Below, piece after piece: positions 24,491-34,565 of a stretch of 64,000 bases of DNA. The notes beneath the pieces were generated by a model. The model was not told the DNA's origin. It made no database searches and saw only the letters and a program-made list of their open reading frames with translations. The position numbers were made by a program, and so were the translations under genes. The stretch's first letter is position 1. The number at the start of each line of letters is the position of its first letter. This DNA comes from Salpingoeca rosetta (taxonomy: Eukaryota > Protista > Choanoflagellata), in assembly GCA_033442325.1 (NCBI GenBank), contig JAWQFM010000030.1, positions 746,186 through 810,185 on the forward strand, given 5' to 3'.

Positions 24491-24635
24491 TGCAGTTATG
24501 GTAACTCATAACTACCTGTCGTTGAGCACTCTGGGCTGGCGCAACTTTGGTTGTTTGCATCGACGCCATTTTTTCTCTGACATCAACTCGATCAACAACC
24601 ATCCCGCCTGTTTGACAGTTCTGCAAAAGGTTACC

Positions 24636-27600
24636 ATGCCGACGCGTCAACCTTACCATCCCTTCGCAGGAGATGATGATGGTGGTGATGTTTGGGATCT
24701 GCCCTTACCACCTTATCAACCCTTCCCAGGAGACAATGATGGTGATGATGTTTGGGACCATTGGGACCTGCCCATGCCACCAGCACCACCGCGACCACCA
24801 CCACCACCGCCACGTCCCATGCGCCCTGACATGTCACCACCACCACCACCCGAACCCGTCATGGGGGCGACGACGACACCAGCACCACAAGAATTCATGG
24901 ACGAGGCCGACGATGAGGAGTTCAACCGCCTTCTCTACAACCTCGCTGAAGCTGCGGAGAGCACCCAAGTAACCAACGGCACAACTATCATTGCTACCGC
25001 AGAGCAGGCTGCCGCCCATGCTTCAAACATCCAGCACACCCACGCCGCCAACTACGCCATCAACCCGGATGCAGCTGGTCTCACCCACAATTTTGAGGTC
25101 GTTGCCCCCGGTGCAGCTGTACCCTTTCGCGCTGTTGCCGCAGACGAGCAGGCACCCACATCTGACACGGTCCAGACTAGCTCAGACATCATCATCAACT
25201 CTCGCCGACACTTCCAGGAGCAGGTCATGTACACGTTCACAGCCAAGATCAACTCCATGCAGCTGCTGCAGGACAACCTCACTGAGATGATGGTCAACGG
25301 TCGTGAGACCATGAGCCAAAACGATTTGCGCACGCGCGTCACTAACGCCTTCGTCAACGCCTACATGCGCGAGCGCCCCCTCACCGCATCATCCAACATT
25401 GTCATCGCCGGCGACGTACACTACAGCGTCAACCGCCTCTCATCAGGCGGGGGACCGGAAACACGCGCACCCGCCGAGCCGAGCGGACGCGTGCAGCAGA
25501 CAGTGCGGGGTGGTGACTTTGATGCTGTTCGACAAGCTGTGACGTCCCATGTTTCCGGCATGCTGGACACGACGATGTTGTCTATGTCGAGCTCTGACGT
25601 GGAACTCGAGCAGGTTGTCATCAACATCTCCATGGATGGCGTGCGCACTGGTGCGGGGGTGCCTCAGGACTTGGCCGACCGACGCGCGTTCTATGAGACA
25701 TTCAAGATTTGTTTCGGCGCAATGGATGTGCCTGCCAACCCAGACACGGGTGGCAAGGAGATGCGGCTCGGGCAAGACATGTTCTGTCCTGTCAACAGCG
25801 GGGCCGATTGCTTCTACCACTGCCTGTACTACCACATGGCGCGGAACGGTGTTAGACGTGCTTTCAAGAATGCGCACGTTGACGCCATGCACTTGCTCAG
25901 CGGTCAGCCTGTGCGCACAGCCACCAAGGATTTCCTGAACGCCAGCGCCCGCGTGAACCAGAATCTCTCCCGCCACATGGTCACCTCCCACATGCTTCGT
26001 TTATGTGACCAGCAGCTTCCGGACGCCTTTGCGGAGAACACCCGCGGCGTCTGCATCGAGGACGTCTTTGAGATGAGCATTCTCGCACTCAGCCCGATTA
26101 TCACCTTTGATCTCAACCGAGACATGCGGCTACTGCCAGAGTTCTCCGTGTTGCACCACGAGCTGCTTCGCGTCCTGCGCCACACCCCGACCGACGCCTC
26201 CATTCAAGAACGGTTTGACTGGTTCATGACCAACTGCCGCGGCGAGGATGGCTTGCCCAAGTTCTCGGACGCTCCGCATGTGCCGGCGGGTCGCCTTTGC
26301 ATGACCCAGCGAATTGCAAGGGACAGCCCGAGCCGTGCCACGCTTGGCGCGAAGCGGTTTCTCGACATCCCAGGGGTGACGCTGGAACGGATCCGGCTCT
26401 TCGGTGAGCAAAGCCCACAGCATCAATCGCAATTTCTTGCGGAGAAGGACCGCGCCGTATGGCTCGGCTTCAACAGCAGATTCTCCCACTTCATCGACTT
26501 TGCCAAGAGCACGCGTGTGAAGGTGTGGGTGCAGAACGTGTCGAGCTCCTACAATGGCCTTGGCAAGATGAGCATGTCCTCCCGTACTTCATGGATCTGT
26601 GTCATCTGCGGGCTTGTTATGGAAACGGCCAGATCGAAGCACAAGTGCATGAGCAGACGCTGCGCAACATGCCGCCAACACTTTGGGAGTCTGGACGCTT
26701 ACCTCTCCCACGACGAGCGACGTCGGAACGAGTATGCCGATGGACGTGTACGCGAGTGCAGCGTCTGCCGAAAGCGCATCAGCAACAGCTGCTTTGACAA
26801 GCACCATGACGAGTGCTATCAGCGCAGCCTTCGACAAACGACGGACGAACACAGGGCAAGTGGCGAGCACGTGGTGCGCTGCAACTTCTGCCATTCCATG
26901 GTCACGTGCAGCGGCGACTTCACCATGGACACACACTACCACACAGACTGCCAAGGGCGGCAGCGCAAGGCCAAGAGGTGCTCGAAATGTCACGTCGCAC
27001 ACCCAAAGCAGCAGCCGTGCCGAATTTCGAGAATTTCCAAGACGACGCAGCTGGAGTGGGAGAACACGGATGTCTACGTGTGGGACATTGAGTCTTGCAC
27101 AAAATCGGTCGACGGAAGCACGGTGCACGTCCCCAATTACATCCATGTTCGCCTCCTTCCAAGACCAGACGTTACTTGGGAGAGCGACCCTGGTGATCAC
27201 CGGAAGCGAGGAGCAAAGCCCACGATCAACCTGACTCAGGAGGGGTGCGACGCTTCCACAACCCTTACGGAGCGAGAACGCAAGACACAGGAAGAGTGCG
27301 AGCGCAAAGCACTGCTGCACTTCAAGCAGGATGAGAACGAGTGGGAGTTTGATGACCTCACCTACTTTCTCGAGTGGGTGCACAAGCTCGCGCGGAGATC
27401 GGTGTTCATCGCCCATAACAGCAAAGGTTATGACGCCTTCCTGCTCAAGACGGCTGCCATTCGCTCTGGGCTCTATCCAGCATACGAGCATGGCAGTGGG
27501 CAAAAGCTTGATGGCCTTGGGTTCAAGGTGACTGCAGAAGACGAGAACAGCGGGCAGGTGCGAACCATCACCGTCTCCTTCATCGACTCCATGAACTGGT

Positions 27601-30143
27601 TCCCAGGCCCTCTGAGCAAGCTGCCGGTCACGCTGCAGTGCATCAACCGCGACGTGAGCAAGGACGTCTTCCCGCACTCCTTCCACACCTCGGAGCATCA
27701 GCACTACGTTGGCACACTACCTGCACGCGAGCACTGGGGCGACATATCTGATGGTGATTGGCAGGCGCTGTGCTCGCGCTTTTTCACCGACAGCGCGCAC
27801 ATGTTCGCGTGGCAGCAAGTGCTGTGGGAGCGCGGGGAACAGCAAGAGCACATGTCGTACGAAGAGCAGACACAGTTAGCCAGGGAGGTCAATTTCGACA
27901 AGCAGCCGTTTGACCTGCGCGAGTACATGAAGTACTACTGCAAGGAGGATACGCGCGTGCTTGGGCTTTGCATGGCGGTGTGGCGCTACATCAGCCTGCG
28001 CTCGTTTTCCGTTTGCCCACTGATCAAGAGCACCACGGCTGCTAGCTATGCCATGCATGTGTACCGCAGCTGCTTCTGCAAGCCGGAAGGCATCCCAACC
28101 CTGACTCGGTTTCACGAGGAGCTAGCCAGACAAGCGTATGCTGGCGGTCGCACGGAGAAGCTCACACCCTTTATGTGTGTGCGAGAGGACGGCCTGGACG
28201 ACATTATTGGAGACCTCCTCAGCGACGACGAGCGGCAGAAGCATCTCGACGCATGCCGCAGTCGCTATGGCAATCGCCCTCGCCTGTCGTACATTGATGT
28301 CACGAGCCTCTACCCCACAGTCATGTTCTTCGACAGGCTGCCGTGTGACCCACCACAAACATACGTGAGCCAGCTATTTCTTGGCACGCTGCTGCCGCAT
28401 GAGCGACGACAGTATGTGGCACATAAGGCGAAGCTTCTGGATGAGCTTCCCGATGGGTGGGAGAACCAGGAAGGCATCGTCATGGTCGATGTGAGGACCA
28501 AGCCCGCGTCGGAGCTTCCCGATGATTGGGTACCGCTCGTTGGCACCAAGAGCACCACCACCAACGCGCACAACGACAAAGACCGAAAGTTTGTGTTTGG
28601 CTGCATCGAGCATGCCAAGACGATGACCCTCACCATGTTCGACTTTCGACTGCTGCGCGATGACCCGAACTACTTCATGGACACCATCTACCGGGTCGAC
28701 CTCATGGGCAGCGGCAGCAAGGACATGTTCAAGGAGTACATCAGGTTCCTGTACAAGATGAAGGAGGAAGCGTCTGAGCCACCTGCCAACAGAGAGGAGG
28801 CTGAAGCGTTGGCTGACCGCGTGCGGCGAGAGCTGGACGTTGAGCTCTCTGTCGACAAGCTCATGGAGAGCGAGAACAGTGGGCTTCGTGGTCTTGCAAA
28901 GCTGCTGCTGAACTCGCTCTTTGGCAAGTTTGGTCAGCGCACGCTCACCAAGACAGAGTGGATGAGCCTGTCGGAGTATGTGGATTTCCTGAAGACCAAG
29001 GTTGTGCGCCACCCCTACCGCTATCGGCTCGCGAATCGGCGCATCTACGGTGATCCTGAGCATAGCAATGGCGACTTCAACGCGCGCGTGCGCGTGAGGT
29101 ACCTGGACATTGAAGACGACAGCACCCGCCTGCGCACGAACGTCGCCATTGCCGCATACATCACAGCTATTGCCCGCAACCGACTCGTGCAGATGATGCG
29201 CGCCCTGCAGCAGCTCGGTTGCGCGCTCGCCTACTGCGACACGGACAGTCTTGTGTTCATGGACCCGAACGGCCGCACGTTTGAACAGCTCAACAGTGCC
29301 CTGCAGACCATTGGCTCGCGATGCGAGATTGGCAGCATGCTTGGGCAGTGGAAGCCAGAGTACGAGGAAGGGAAGCACGAGCTTTTGGAGTGCGCGCAGA
29401 TTGCGGCAAAGACGTACTCGCACAAGGTGCTCTGCGTCAACGGTTGCTGGGACAAGAAGAAGAACAAGCCGAAGCATCAGGCGGGTGAGCTGTTCTACAC
29501 TGTTAAGTGCAAGGGGATGCCAGTGAAGAGGAAGAGCGGGCGCACAACGGATGTACAAATTCCAGGCATCAACCAAACATATTTCCTCAAGGACGAGAAG
29601 GATTGGCACTGGGCATACAAGCAGATGGTCTTTGGACAGGCGCAGCAGGTGCAGATCAGGCAGATCAACGCAGCCAACTTCGTGCGCCGACATGGTGACA
29701 TGTACATGGAGCGACAGGCAAAGTCGTTCACCAGGACCGGCAAGGACAAGCGTGTGATGCACCCGGATGGACCCCTGTTGCCCATGATGCCGCTGACAGT
29801 GCAGCATGCTGGGGTGGATGACGAGACACACCCAAGCAAGAAGGCAAAGACTTTCTATGAGGAGCGACGAAGCACAGCACCGATGGATGTTGGCCGCGTG
29901 ATTGATGAGATTGCACCTACAGATGAGAGCCTGCAAGCACTGTTCACAAGCGAGACAGGCGACGACACGCTCGCACACATCTTGGAGCAGGTGAACGAAG
30001 CCTCGCTCATGCAGCACGCCGAGCTGCCGTCCCCGCCGCCGTGGGAGCAGCCTGAGGGTGAAGATGGAGAGGAGGAGGAGGAGGAGGAGGAGGGGGAGGA
30101 GGGACAGCCCGCTTATGCTTACACACATGCACCCGCACTGTGA
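24636..30143 (+). CDS. polB: Protein-primed family B DNA polymerase (pPolB) with long N-terminal extension (putative terminal protein, OTU-like protease, Cys/His Zn-finger region)
   Basis: Exo motifs VWDIES, AHNSKGYD, FIDSMNW and YCKEDT; AYAGGRTE; polymerase motifs YIDVTSLYPTVM, KLLLNSLFGKFGQ, YCDTDS, KTYS and KCKG. KDVFPHSF is typical of Polinton/adenovirus-type pPolBs. Confidence 0.95.
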   Translation: MPTRQPYHPFAGDDDGGDVWDLPLPPYQPFPGDNDGDDVWDHWDLPMPPAPPRPPPPPPRPMRPDMSPPPPPEPVMGATTTPAPQEFMDEADDEEFNRLLYNLAEAAESTQVTNGTTIIATAEQAAAHASNIQHTHAANYAINPDAAGLTHNFEVVAPGAAVPFRAVAADEQAPTSDTVQTSSDIIINSRRHFQEQVMYTFTAKINSMQLLQDNLTEMMVNGRETMSQNDLRTRVTNAFVNAYMRERPLTASSNIVIAGDVHYSVNRLSSGGGPETRAPAEPSGRVQQTVRGGDFDAVRQAVTSHVSGMLDTTMLSMSSSDVELEQVVINISMDGVRTGAGVPQDLADRRAFYETFKICFGAMDVPANPDTGGKEMRLGQDMFCPVNSGADCFYHCLYYHMARNGVRRAFKNAHVDAMHLLSGQPVRTATKDFLNASARVNQNLSRHMVTSHMLRLCDQQLPDAFAENTRGVCIEDVFEMSILALSPIITFDLNRDMRLLPEFSVLHHELLRVLRHTPTDASIQERFDWFMTNCRGEDGLPKFSDAPHVPAGRLCMTQRIARDSPSRATLGAKRFLDIPGVTLERIRLFGEQSPQHQSQFLAEKDRAVWLGFNSRFSHFIDFAKSTRVKVWVQNVSSSYNGLGKMSMSSRTSWICVICGLVMETARSKHKCMSRRCATCRQHFGSLDAYLSHDERRRNEYADGRVRECSVCRKRISNSCFDKHHDECYQRSLRQTTDEHRASGEHVVRCNFCHSMVTCSGDFTMDTHYHTDCQGRQRKAKRCSKCHVAHPKQQPCRISRISKTTQLEWENTDVYVWDIESCTKSVDGSTVHVPNYIHVRLLPRPDVTWESDPGDHRKRGAKPTINLTQEGCDASTTLTERERKTQEECERKALLHFKQDENEWEFDDLTYFLEWVHKLARRSVFIAHNSKGYDAFLLKTAAIRSGLYPAYEHGSGQKLDGLGFKVTAEDENSGQVRTITVSFIDSMNWFPGPLSKLPVTLQCINRDVSKDVFPHSFHTSEHQHYVGTLPAREHWGDISDGDWQALCSRFFTDSAHMFAWQQVLWERGEQQEHMSYEEQTQLAREVNFDKQPFDLREYMKYYCKEDTRVLGLCMAVWRYISLRSFSVCPLIKSTTAASYAMHVYRSCFCKPEGIPTLTRFHEELARQAYAGGRTEKLTPFMCVREDGLDDIIGDLLSDDERQKHLDACRSRYGNRPRLSYIDVTSLYPTVMFFDRLPCDPPQTYVSQLFLGTLLPHERRQYVAHKAKLLDELPDGWENQEGIVMVDVRTKPASELPDDWVPLVGTKSTTTNAHNDKDRKFVFGCIEHAKTMTLTMFDFRLLRDDPNYFMDTIYRVDLMGSGSKDMFKEYIRFLYKMKEEASEPPANREEAEALADRVRRELDVELSVDKLMESENSGLRGLAKLLLNSLFGKFGQRTLTKTEWMSLSEYVDFLKTKVVRHPYRYRLANRRIYGDPEHSNGDFNARVRVRYLDIEDDSTRLRTNVAIAAYITAIARNRLVQMMRALQQLGCALAYCDTDSLVFMDPNGRTFEQLNSALQTIGSRCEIGSMLGQWKPEYEEGKHELLECAQIAAKTYSHKVLCVNGCWDKKKNKPKHQAGELFYTVKCKGMPVKRKSGRTTDVQIPGINQTYFLKDEKDWHWAYKQMVFGQAQQVQIRQINAANFVRRHGDMYMERQAKSFTRTGKDKRVMHPDGPLLPMMPLTVQHAGVDDETHPSKKAKTFYEERRSTAPMDVGRVIDEIAPTDESLQALFTSETGDDTLAHILEQVNEASLMQHAELPSPPPWEQPEGEDGEEEEEEEEGEEGQPAYAYTHAPAL

Positions 30144-30175
30144 GGGTGTGCAGCACCAGTAAACACAAGATCAGA

Positions 30176-30322
30176 AAATTATGTAAGATTTTGCAAATTT
30201 TCGTCAGTAGGGAATTTGATTATGATTTGCTGATATTTATGTAAGATATTGCAAATTTTCGGCAGTAGGGAATTTGATTGTGAGTGGATGAATTTTATGT
30301 AAAATATTGCAAATTTTCTTTA
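30176..30322. repeat. AT-rich ~58-bp tandem repeat (2.5 copies) downstream of pPolB
   Basis: TTATGTAAGAT(T/A)TTGCAAATTTTCG(T/G)CAGTAGGGAATTTGATT is repeated. Confidence 0.85.
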
Positions 30323-30746
30323 CTGGGTCAAATACGCTACCATATGTCGTTATATGGCTCCTAAGGACTACTACGTCACTATACGCTACTCCGTTGAGAA
30401 AAATTGTTTTAGTCTTTTATAGGTATTTTTGATATTATCATTCAGCAATCGATGCGATAGCCTAGTTGGTATCTGGTCGGGCCTCCTAAGCCTTGCACTC
30501 GGATGACACTGGTTAAAATCCTCAGGGGTTTTTTCAAGGTCAGCGGGTTGGTACGGACAAAGCCTGATGGTACTGGATCTCTGCTAAAGCGAAGAGAGCT
30601 ACATGGCTCTGCCACACGAGGGTTTCCTCTAGGTACTGCCTGCATATGCAGGTGGCCTCGGAGTAATACTTCCTGACTGTGGGGCTTGGCAGGACTCTGT
30701 TCAACCAAGGCATGTTGCATTGATTGTTACACCACCACAGCGTTTG

Positions 30747-30870
30747 TTGTGGCTGTAGTGGGCTCTGGCCAAGCCTGCTGCAGTCTACGGCGGCGGTGTT
30801 GGGGGTGGCCACCACAGCGCTTGCTGTGGCTGTAGTGGGCTCTGGCCAAGCCTGCTGCAGTCTACAGCAA
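30747..30870. repeat. Direct repeat of about 42 bp, two copies
   Basis: TGTGGCTGTAGTGGGCTCTGGCCAAGCCTGCTGCAGTCTAC at about 30748 and about 30825. Confidence 0.85.
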
Positions 30871-30986
30871 CGGTGTTGGTGGTGCTTCCAGCCATGCTGG
30901 GGTGTGTGAGTGGCTTGCCTGCTCATGCGCCATGGCATTGCTGTAAGAGCTTGGGTTTTTGCCCTTTGACTTTTTATTCTTTGGCA

Positions 30987-33929
30987 TCACGTCTTAGCCT
31001 TCTTCGCCTGTGGCTCAGAGGCAGCAAGCTTCTCCAGCAAAGGATTGGGCAGGACAAAGTCAAAGGTAAGCGACACAGAGTACAAGGGGTTCTCTGCGTT
31101 GACGGTGTTGCTGTTGAGGATGCGTCCGGCAAAGTCTGTGAGGAGGATGTCGAGGCTGCGCGTGCGGATGGTGCTGGTCGTGTTGATCACATGCTCTGTG
31201 GGATTGTCTGGCTGGTAGAGGATCTCGTACATCTTGTGGTCGCGCCCCTCCACCACGCGCGAGAAGATGTTGGAGCGCTGCGTGCGGTCATCGATAAACT
31301 CAATCACGCGCGCGGCCTGCCCATTGGAGAGGAAGCTCTGCACTGGGATGTTGCGCAGGTGCACACACATACCTCCCTTAAAGTCAAAGGGCTCGGGGAT
31401 GGCGTTGCTGTCGTAGCTCGTGCCTGAGCTGAACTGCAGCCAAGACACATCCTCTTTGCTGTGCCCGGGGACATAGAAGCCCATCATGCTGTAGAGCTGG
31501 TTCAGGTACAGGTACACGCCCTTGTACTTGTTGCTGCCATCTGCCAGGTGATCGCTCGCGCCGGCAAAGGCCAGCATGTCTGTGCTCGTGTCGGCGTGGA
31601 AGGGCTCATACCCGGGTGGGAGCGGCACCCTGCCCAGCGTGCCCGTGTAGGTGACCAGCGGTGTCGACCCGCGCAGATTCATGGCGTGGTACACAACGGG
31701 CTGCACGGTCGTCACGACATCCCCCAGCTTGCTGTCATAGTGCACCGCAGCATTCAGCGGCGTGGTGCGCGCGCCCGTGTCGTAGGTGTACGTGCCGACG
31801 GGCAAGGCAATGACCACGTTATCCACGCCCGCCTCCTTGGTGAAGCGAATGCGCCATGTGATGCTGTTGGCGTCGGGAAGTGTGGATTCGCTAATGTCGA
31901 GCAGGGCCGCGGGCATGTAGGCGTCGTACCCGGTGGAGGTCCCGCTGCCATTGTCCAAGTAAACCAGCGTGCTTGCGTGCTGCTTGGAGTGGATGGTTTG
32001 TGCTGTGGTCCATGAGAGCTTGTCGGTGACACCACCTGTCTGCACGACATAGGGGAGGGAGCGTGTGGCGAAGGGCTCACCGAGCTGTGTTTGCGCACCG
32101 TGCGAGGCACGCACGGGTAGCAGGTAGGGCTCCGTCACATCGTTTCGGTTCAGCACATCCTGGTACTCACACAGCGCGCGGTGCCACATGGTGCTGCTGA
32201 TGAGCACGTCAAACTCTGCACCCGCGCCCACATGGCTCACGTCAATGTCCTGGCTGCCAGCTGGGTCCACGAAGTAAGACACATCAACGCTGCAGGGGAT
32301 GTAGCTCATGTCGTCCGCTTGCACCAGGGCCGTTTCCCTGGTGTATGCCGACGCCTCGGTGTTTGCAGCAACGTCGCCGGAATCCAACCCAAGCGTCCCG
32401 TGTGATACCAGGCCCGACGCCGTGGTGCTCTTCTTGTAGGTGTTCTGCTTGACCTCCTTCCACACGGGGACCTGAACCGCCGCAGCCGACGCCGGCACCT
32501 CACCCAGCTGCGCAATGTCGTCAAACTCGTTCTGCAGAAACACCATGGGCATGTATTCGTCCTCAAAGGCAATGAGGGTGTCCAATTCACCCACCTCGCC
32601 CACGCCATTGCCGTGCTCATCCTCCCACTCGCTGTTGGCGTTGAATATCACGCTCAGCGCGTACTCAGTATCGTTGACCTTCGTGCACTTTGCCGTGAAA
32701 GTAAACACCTTCTCTGTCATCCCTGTCATGGGCGTGGATAGCGTGAGGGTGGATGCCGTCTTGTCGCGCACAAAGGACATGGGGTCGTTCACGGCACTGT
32801 TCTGCTTGAACATGGCAAGGTCTGCGTTCGTAAACGTCGTCTGCTGGGATGCAATGGATCGCAGGGTCATGCTTGCTCCTCCACTGAGCTTGGTCTGCGT
32901 GCTGTCGAGTTCCGGGTGAACGGTGGCCTCCATCGCAGAGACAAACTGAAAGCCCTCCACGGGCTCAAACACGTTGAGCGCTGCAAAGGGATAGGCTTGC
33001 TTGTGCCCGTACTGCTCCGTGATGGTGTATGCCGTGTCCTTTGCAATGAGACCAATCACCACCATGTAGCGGCTGTTCATGGCGCGCGGGTTCGTGGAGG
33101 GGGTGCTGTCCTGCGTGACGAGGAGCGGCATGCCCGCAGTCAGGCTTGTCGCGTCCCCTGCACCAGCCGTCTCTGGCAGCGGCAGCGTGTTGTAGGCGTT
33201 TGTGGCCGTGGACAACCACGCCAGGTTCAGGGATTCAAAGGCGTCGGTCCAGCTGATGCTGGCGTTCTTGATGTTTCGCGTGAGAGCAATGTCACCATCC
33301 AGCGCCTTGAGCTCCACCCACGCAGTGTCGTCCTCTGTGATAATGTTGTTCCCGCTCGACTTGGCGTAGGTATCGATGTTCGACGCCCGATCGCTGGCAT
33401 CCGTAAACACAGCCAGGCTGTCCGCCACCACAGGATCGCTGATGGTCACCGTACTCGTCGTGGTCGTCATGCTGATCTTGAAGCTGTCGTTGTCCTGCGT
33501 GCTCGTGATGGAGTCTGTGAACACGACGTCAAACTTGACATTCTTGCCCGTGAACAACTCCGACACGGCAAGCTTCTCATTCAGGCTCGTCTCGATGGCG
33601 CTGGCCAGCGTGTCACCGTTGTAGTAGCCCGGCGCCACCTCTCCCTTGAGCACGGTCCCGCTGCTCGTGGTTCCAGCGGTGTCATAGCCAACAGGTGGCG
33701 CATCGTTGCTGTCGTAGTTCACAATGACAGCCCACTTGTTGTTATCCTCCGTCACGGAGTACACCTCCGCAGACACGAGGAATCTCGCGCGCTTGAGTGA
33801 AACGCGGGAGCCCGGCGCGAGCAGGAGCTCCGTCGCAGTTGTGGATGTGAACTGTGATACTGGTCCAAACACACTCCCTCGCGGCTGGGCGAGGCCCGCC
33901 GACATGTTCTCCACCGTCACAAGCGGCAT
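30987..33929 (-). CDS. Minor capsid (penton)-like protein 1 with a large internal insertion
   Basis: N-terminal ELLLAPGSRVSLKRARF..YSVTEDNN..VAPGYY and C-terminal VHLRNIPVQS..YQPDNP..IRTRSLDILLTDFAGRIL..SVSLTFDF resemble PLV/virophage single jelly-roll pentons. Confidence 0.65.
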   Translation of the reverse strand: MPLVTVENMSAGLAQPRGSVFGPVSQFTSTTATELLLAPGSRVSLKRARFLVSAEVYSVTEDNNKWAVIVNYDSNDAPPVGYDTAGTTSSGTVLKGEVAPGYYNGDTLASAIETSLNEKLAVSELFTGKNVKFDVVFTDSITSTQDNDSFKISMTTTTSTVTISDPVVADSLAVFTDASDRASNIDTYAKSSGNNIITEDDTAWVELKALDGDIALTRNIKNASISWTDAFESLNLAWLSTATNAYNTLPLPETAGAGDATSLTAGMPLLVTQDSTPSTNPRAMNSRYMVVIGLIAKDTAYTITEQYGHKQAYPFAALNVFEPVEGFQFVSAMEATVHPELDSTQTKLSGGASMTLRSIASQQTTFTNADLAMFKQNSAVNDPMSFVRDKTASTLTLSTPMTGMTEKVFTFTAKCTKVNDTEYALSVIFNANSEWEDEHGNGVGEVGELDTLIAFEDEYMPMVFLQNEFDDIAQLGEVPASAAAVQVPVWKEVKQNTYKKSTTASGLVSHGTLGLDSGDVAANTEASAYTRETALVQADDMSYIPCSVDVSYFVDPAGSQDIDVSHVGAGAEFDVLISSTMWHRALCEYQDVLNRNDVTEPYLLPVRASHGAQTQLGEPFATRSLPYVVQTGGVTDKLSWTTAQTIHSKQHASTLVYLDNGSGTSTGYDAYMPAALLDISESTLPDANSITWRIRFTKEAGVDNVVIALPVGTYTYDTGARTTPLNAAVHYDSKLGDVVTTVQPVVYHAMNLRGSTPLVTYTGTLGRVPLPPGYEPFHADTSTDMLAFAGASDHLADGSNKYKGVYLYLNQLYSMMGFYVPGHSKEDVSWLQFSSGTSYDSNAIPEPFDFKGGMCVHLRNIPVQSFLSNGQAARVIEFIDDRTQRSNIFSRVVEGRDHKMYEILYQPDNPTEHVINTTSTIRTRSLDILLTDFAGRILNSNTVNAENPLYSVSLTFDFVLPNPLLEKLAASEPQAKKAKT

Positions 33930-33983
33930 GGCTTGTAAAAAATACTGGTATCAATTGGTCAAGGGGAAAATGATCATCTTGGT

Positions 33984-34565
33984 TTACTTTAGGCCACGAG
34001 TGTTGAAGAGCAGGTTTGGATCAATGTCAACGTTGCTCACAAGGTAACCACGCAGCTTGGCAACATGTGTCTGGTTCTTCTTACGACCGCGCAGCTGATC
34101 AAGCCCAGATTGTTTGTAGACTTTGTTCACCTTGATCCTGTCCTGCACATTGCACTGCGCGCGCTGCACCTCCTTGTGCTTGCCGCGCGTGGTTCGTTTC
34201 TCATCCCTCATCATAAGTTCTGCCTCTCGCTTCTGCCACACGTCCATCGGGGGAACAGGGTTGTAGTGCAGCTCGCTGAGCGGGACCCCAACGAGCGGGG
34301 ATGGGTCGTTTGGCTTCAGCCGCTCTTTCGGCTTAACAGACGACGCAGGCTTCGAAGAGCAACATGTGCCAATGTCGACAAGCAGGCTGCCGTAGGTTCC
34401 TGTTGCCTTACGACGCGCGCTTCCCTTCTTTGTGTTGTGCTTTGCCATTGCCTTGGCGCTGTGCTTTGACTTGGTCGGAAAGACGAGATCTGCTGTTGAT
34501 GCTGTACGTGTAGATCCACGCTTTTGAACCGCAGCTCCAGCATTACTGCGCCGAGTCTTGTTCAT
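33984..34565 (-). CDS. Viral basic (Lys/Arg-rich) hypothetical protein, possibly a core protein
   Basis: ORF of about 193 aa, highly basic; overlaps the end of the upstream ORF. Confidence 0.55.
   Translation of the reverse strand: MNKTRRSNAGAAVQKRGSTRTASTADLVFPTKSKHSAKAMAKHNTKKGSARRKATGTYGSLLVDIGTCCSSKPASSVKPKERLKPNDPSPLVGVPLSELHYNPVPPMDVWQKREAELMMRDEKRTTRGKHKEVQRAQCNVQDRIKVNKVYKQSGLDQLRGRKKNQTHVAKLRGYLVSNVDIDPNLLFNTRGLK

Noticed and set aside
28374-30128. 584-aa antisense ORF and other long antisense ORFs in the virus
   Set aside because: Shadow frames of GC-rich coding genes such as pPolB; no motifs.
30440-30640. Possible displaced 3' continuation of the 28S (minus strand TACCTAGAGGAAACCCTCGTGTGGCAG...GCTTT..GATCC)
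   Set aside because: Resemblance to TACCACAGGGATAACTGGCTTGTGGCAG is patchy, and the A-loop and sarcin-ricin motifs are absent; not supportable without an alignment.
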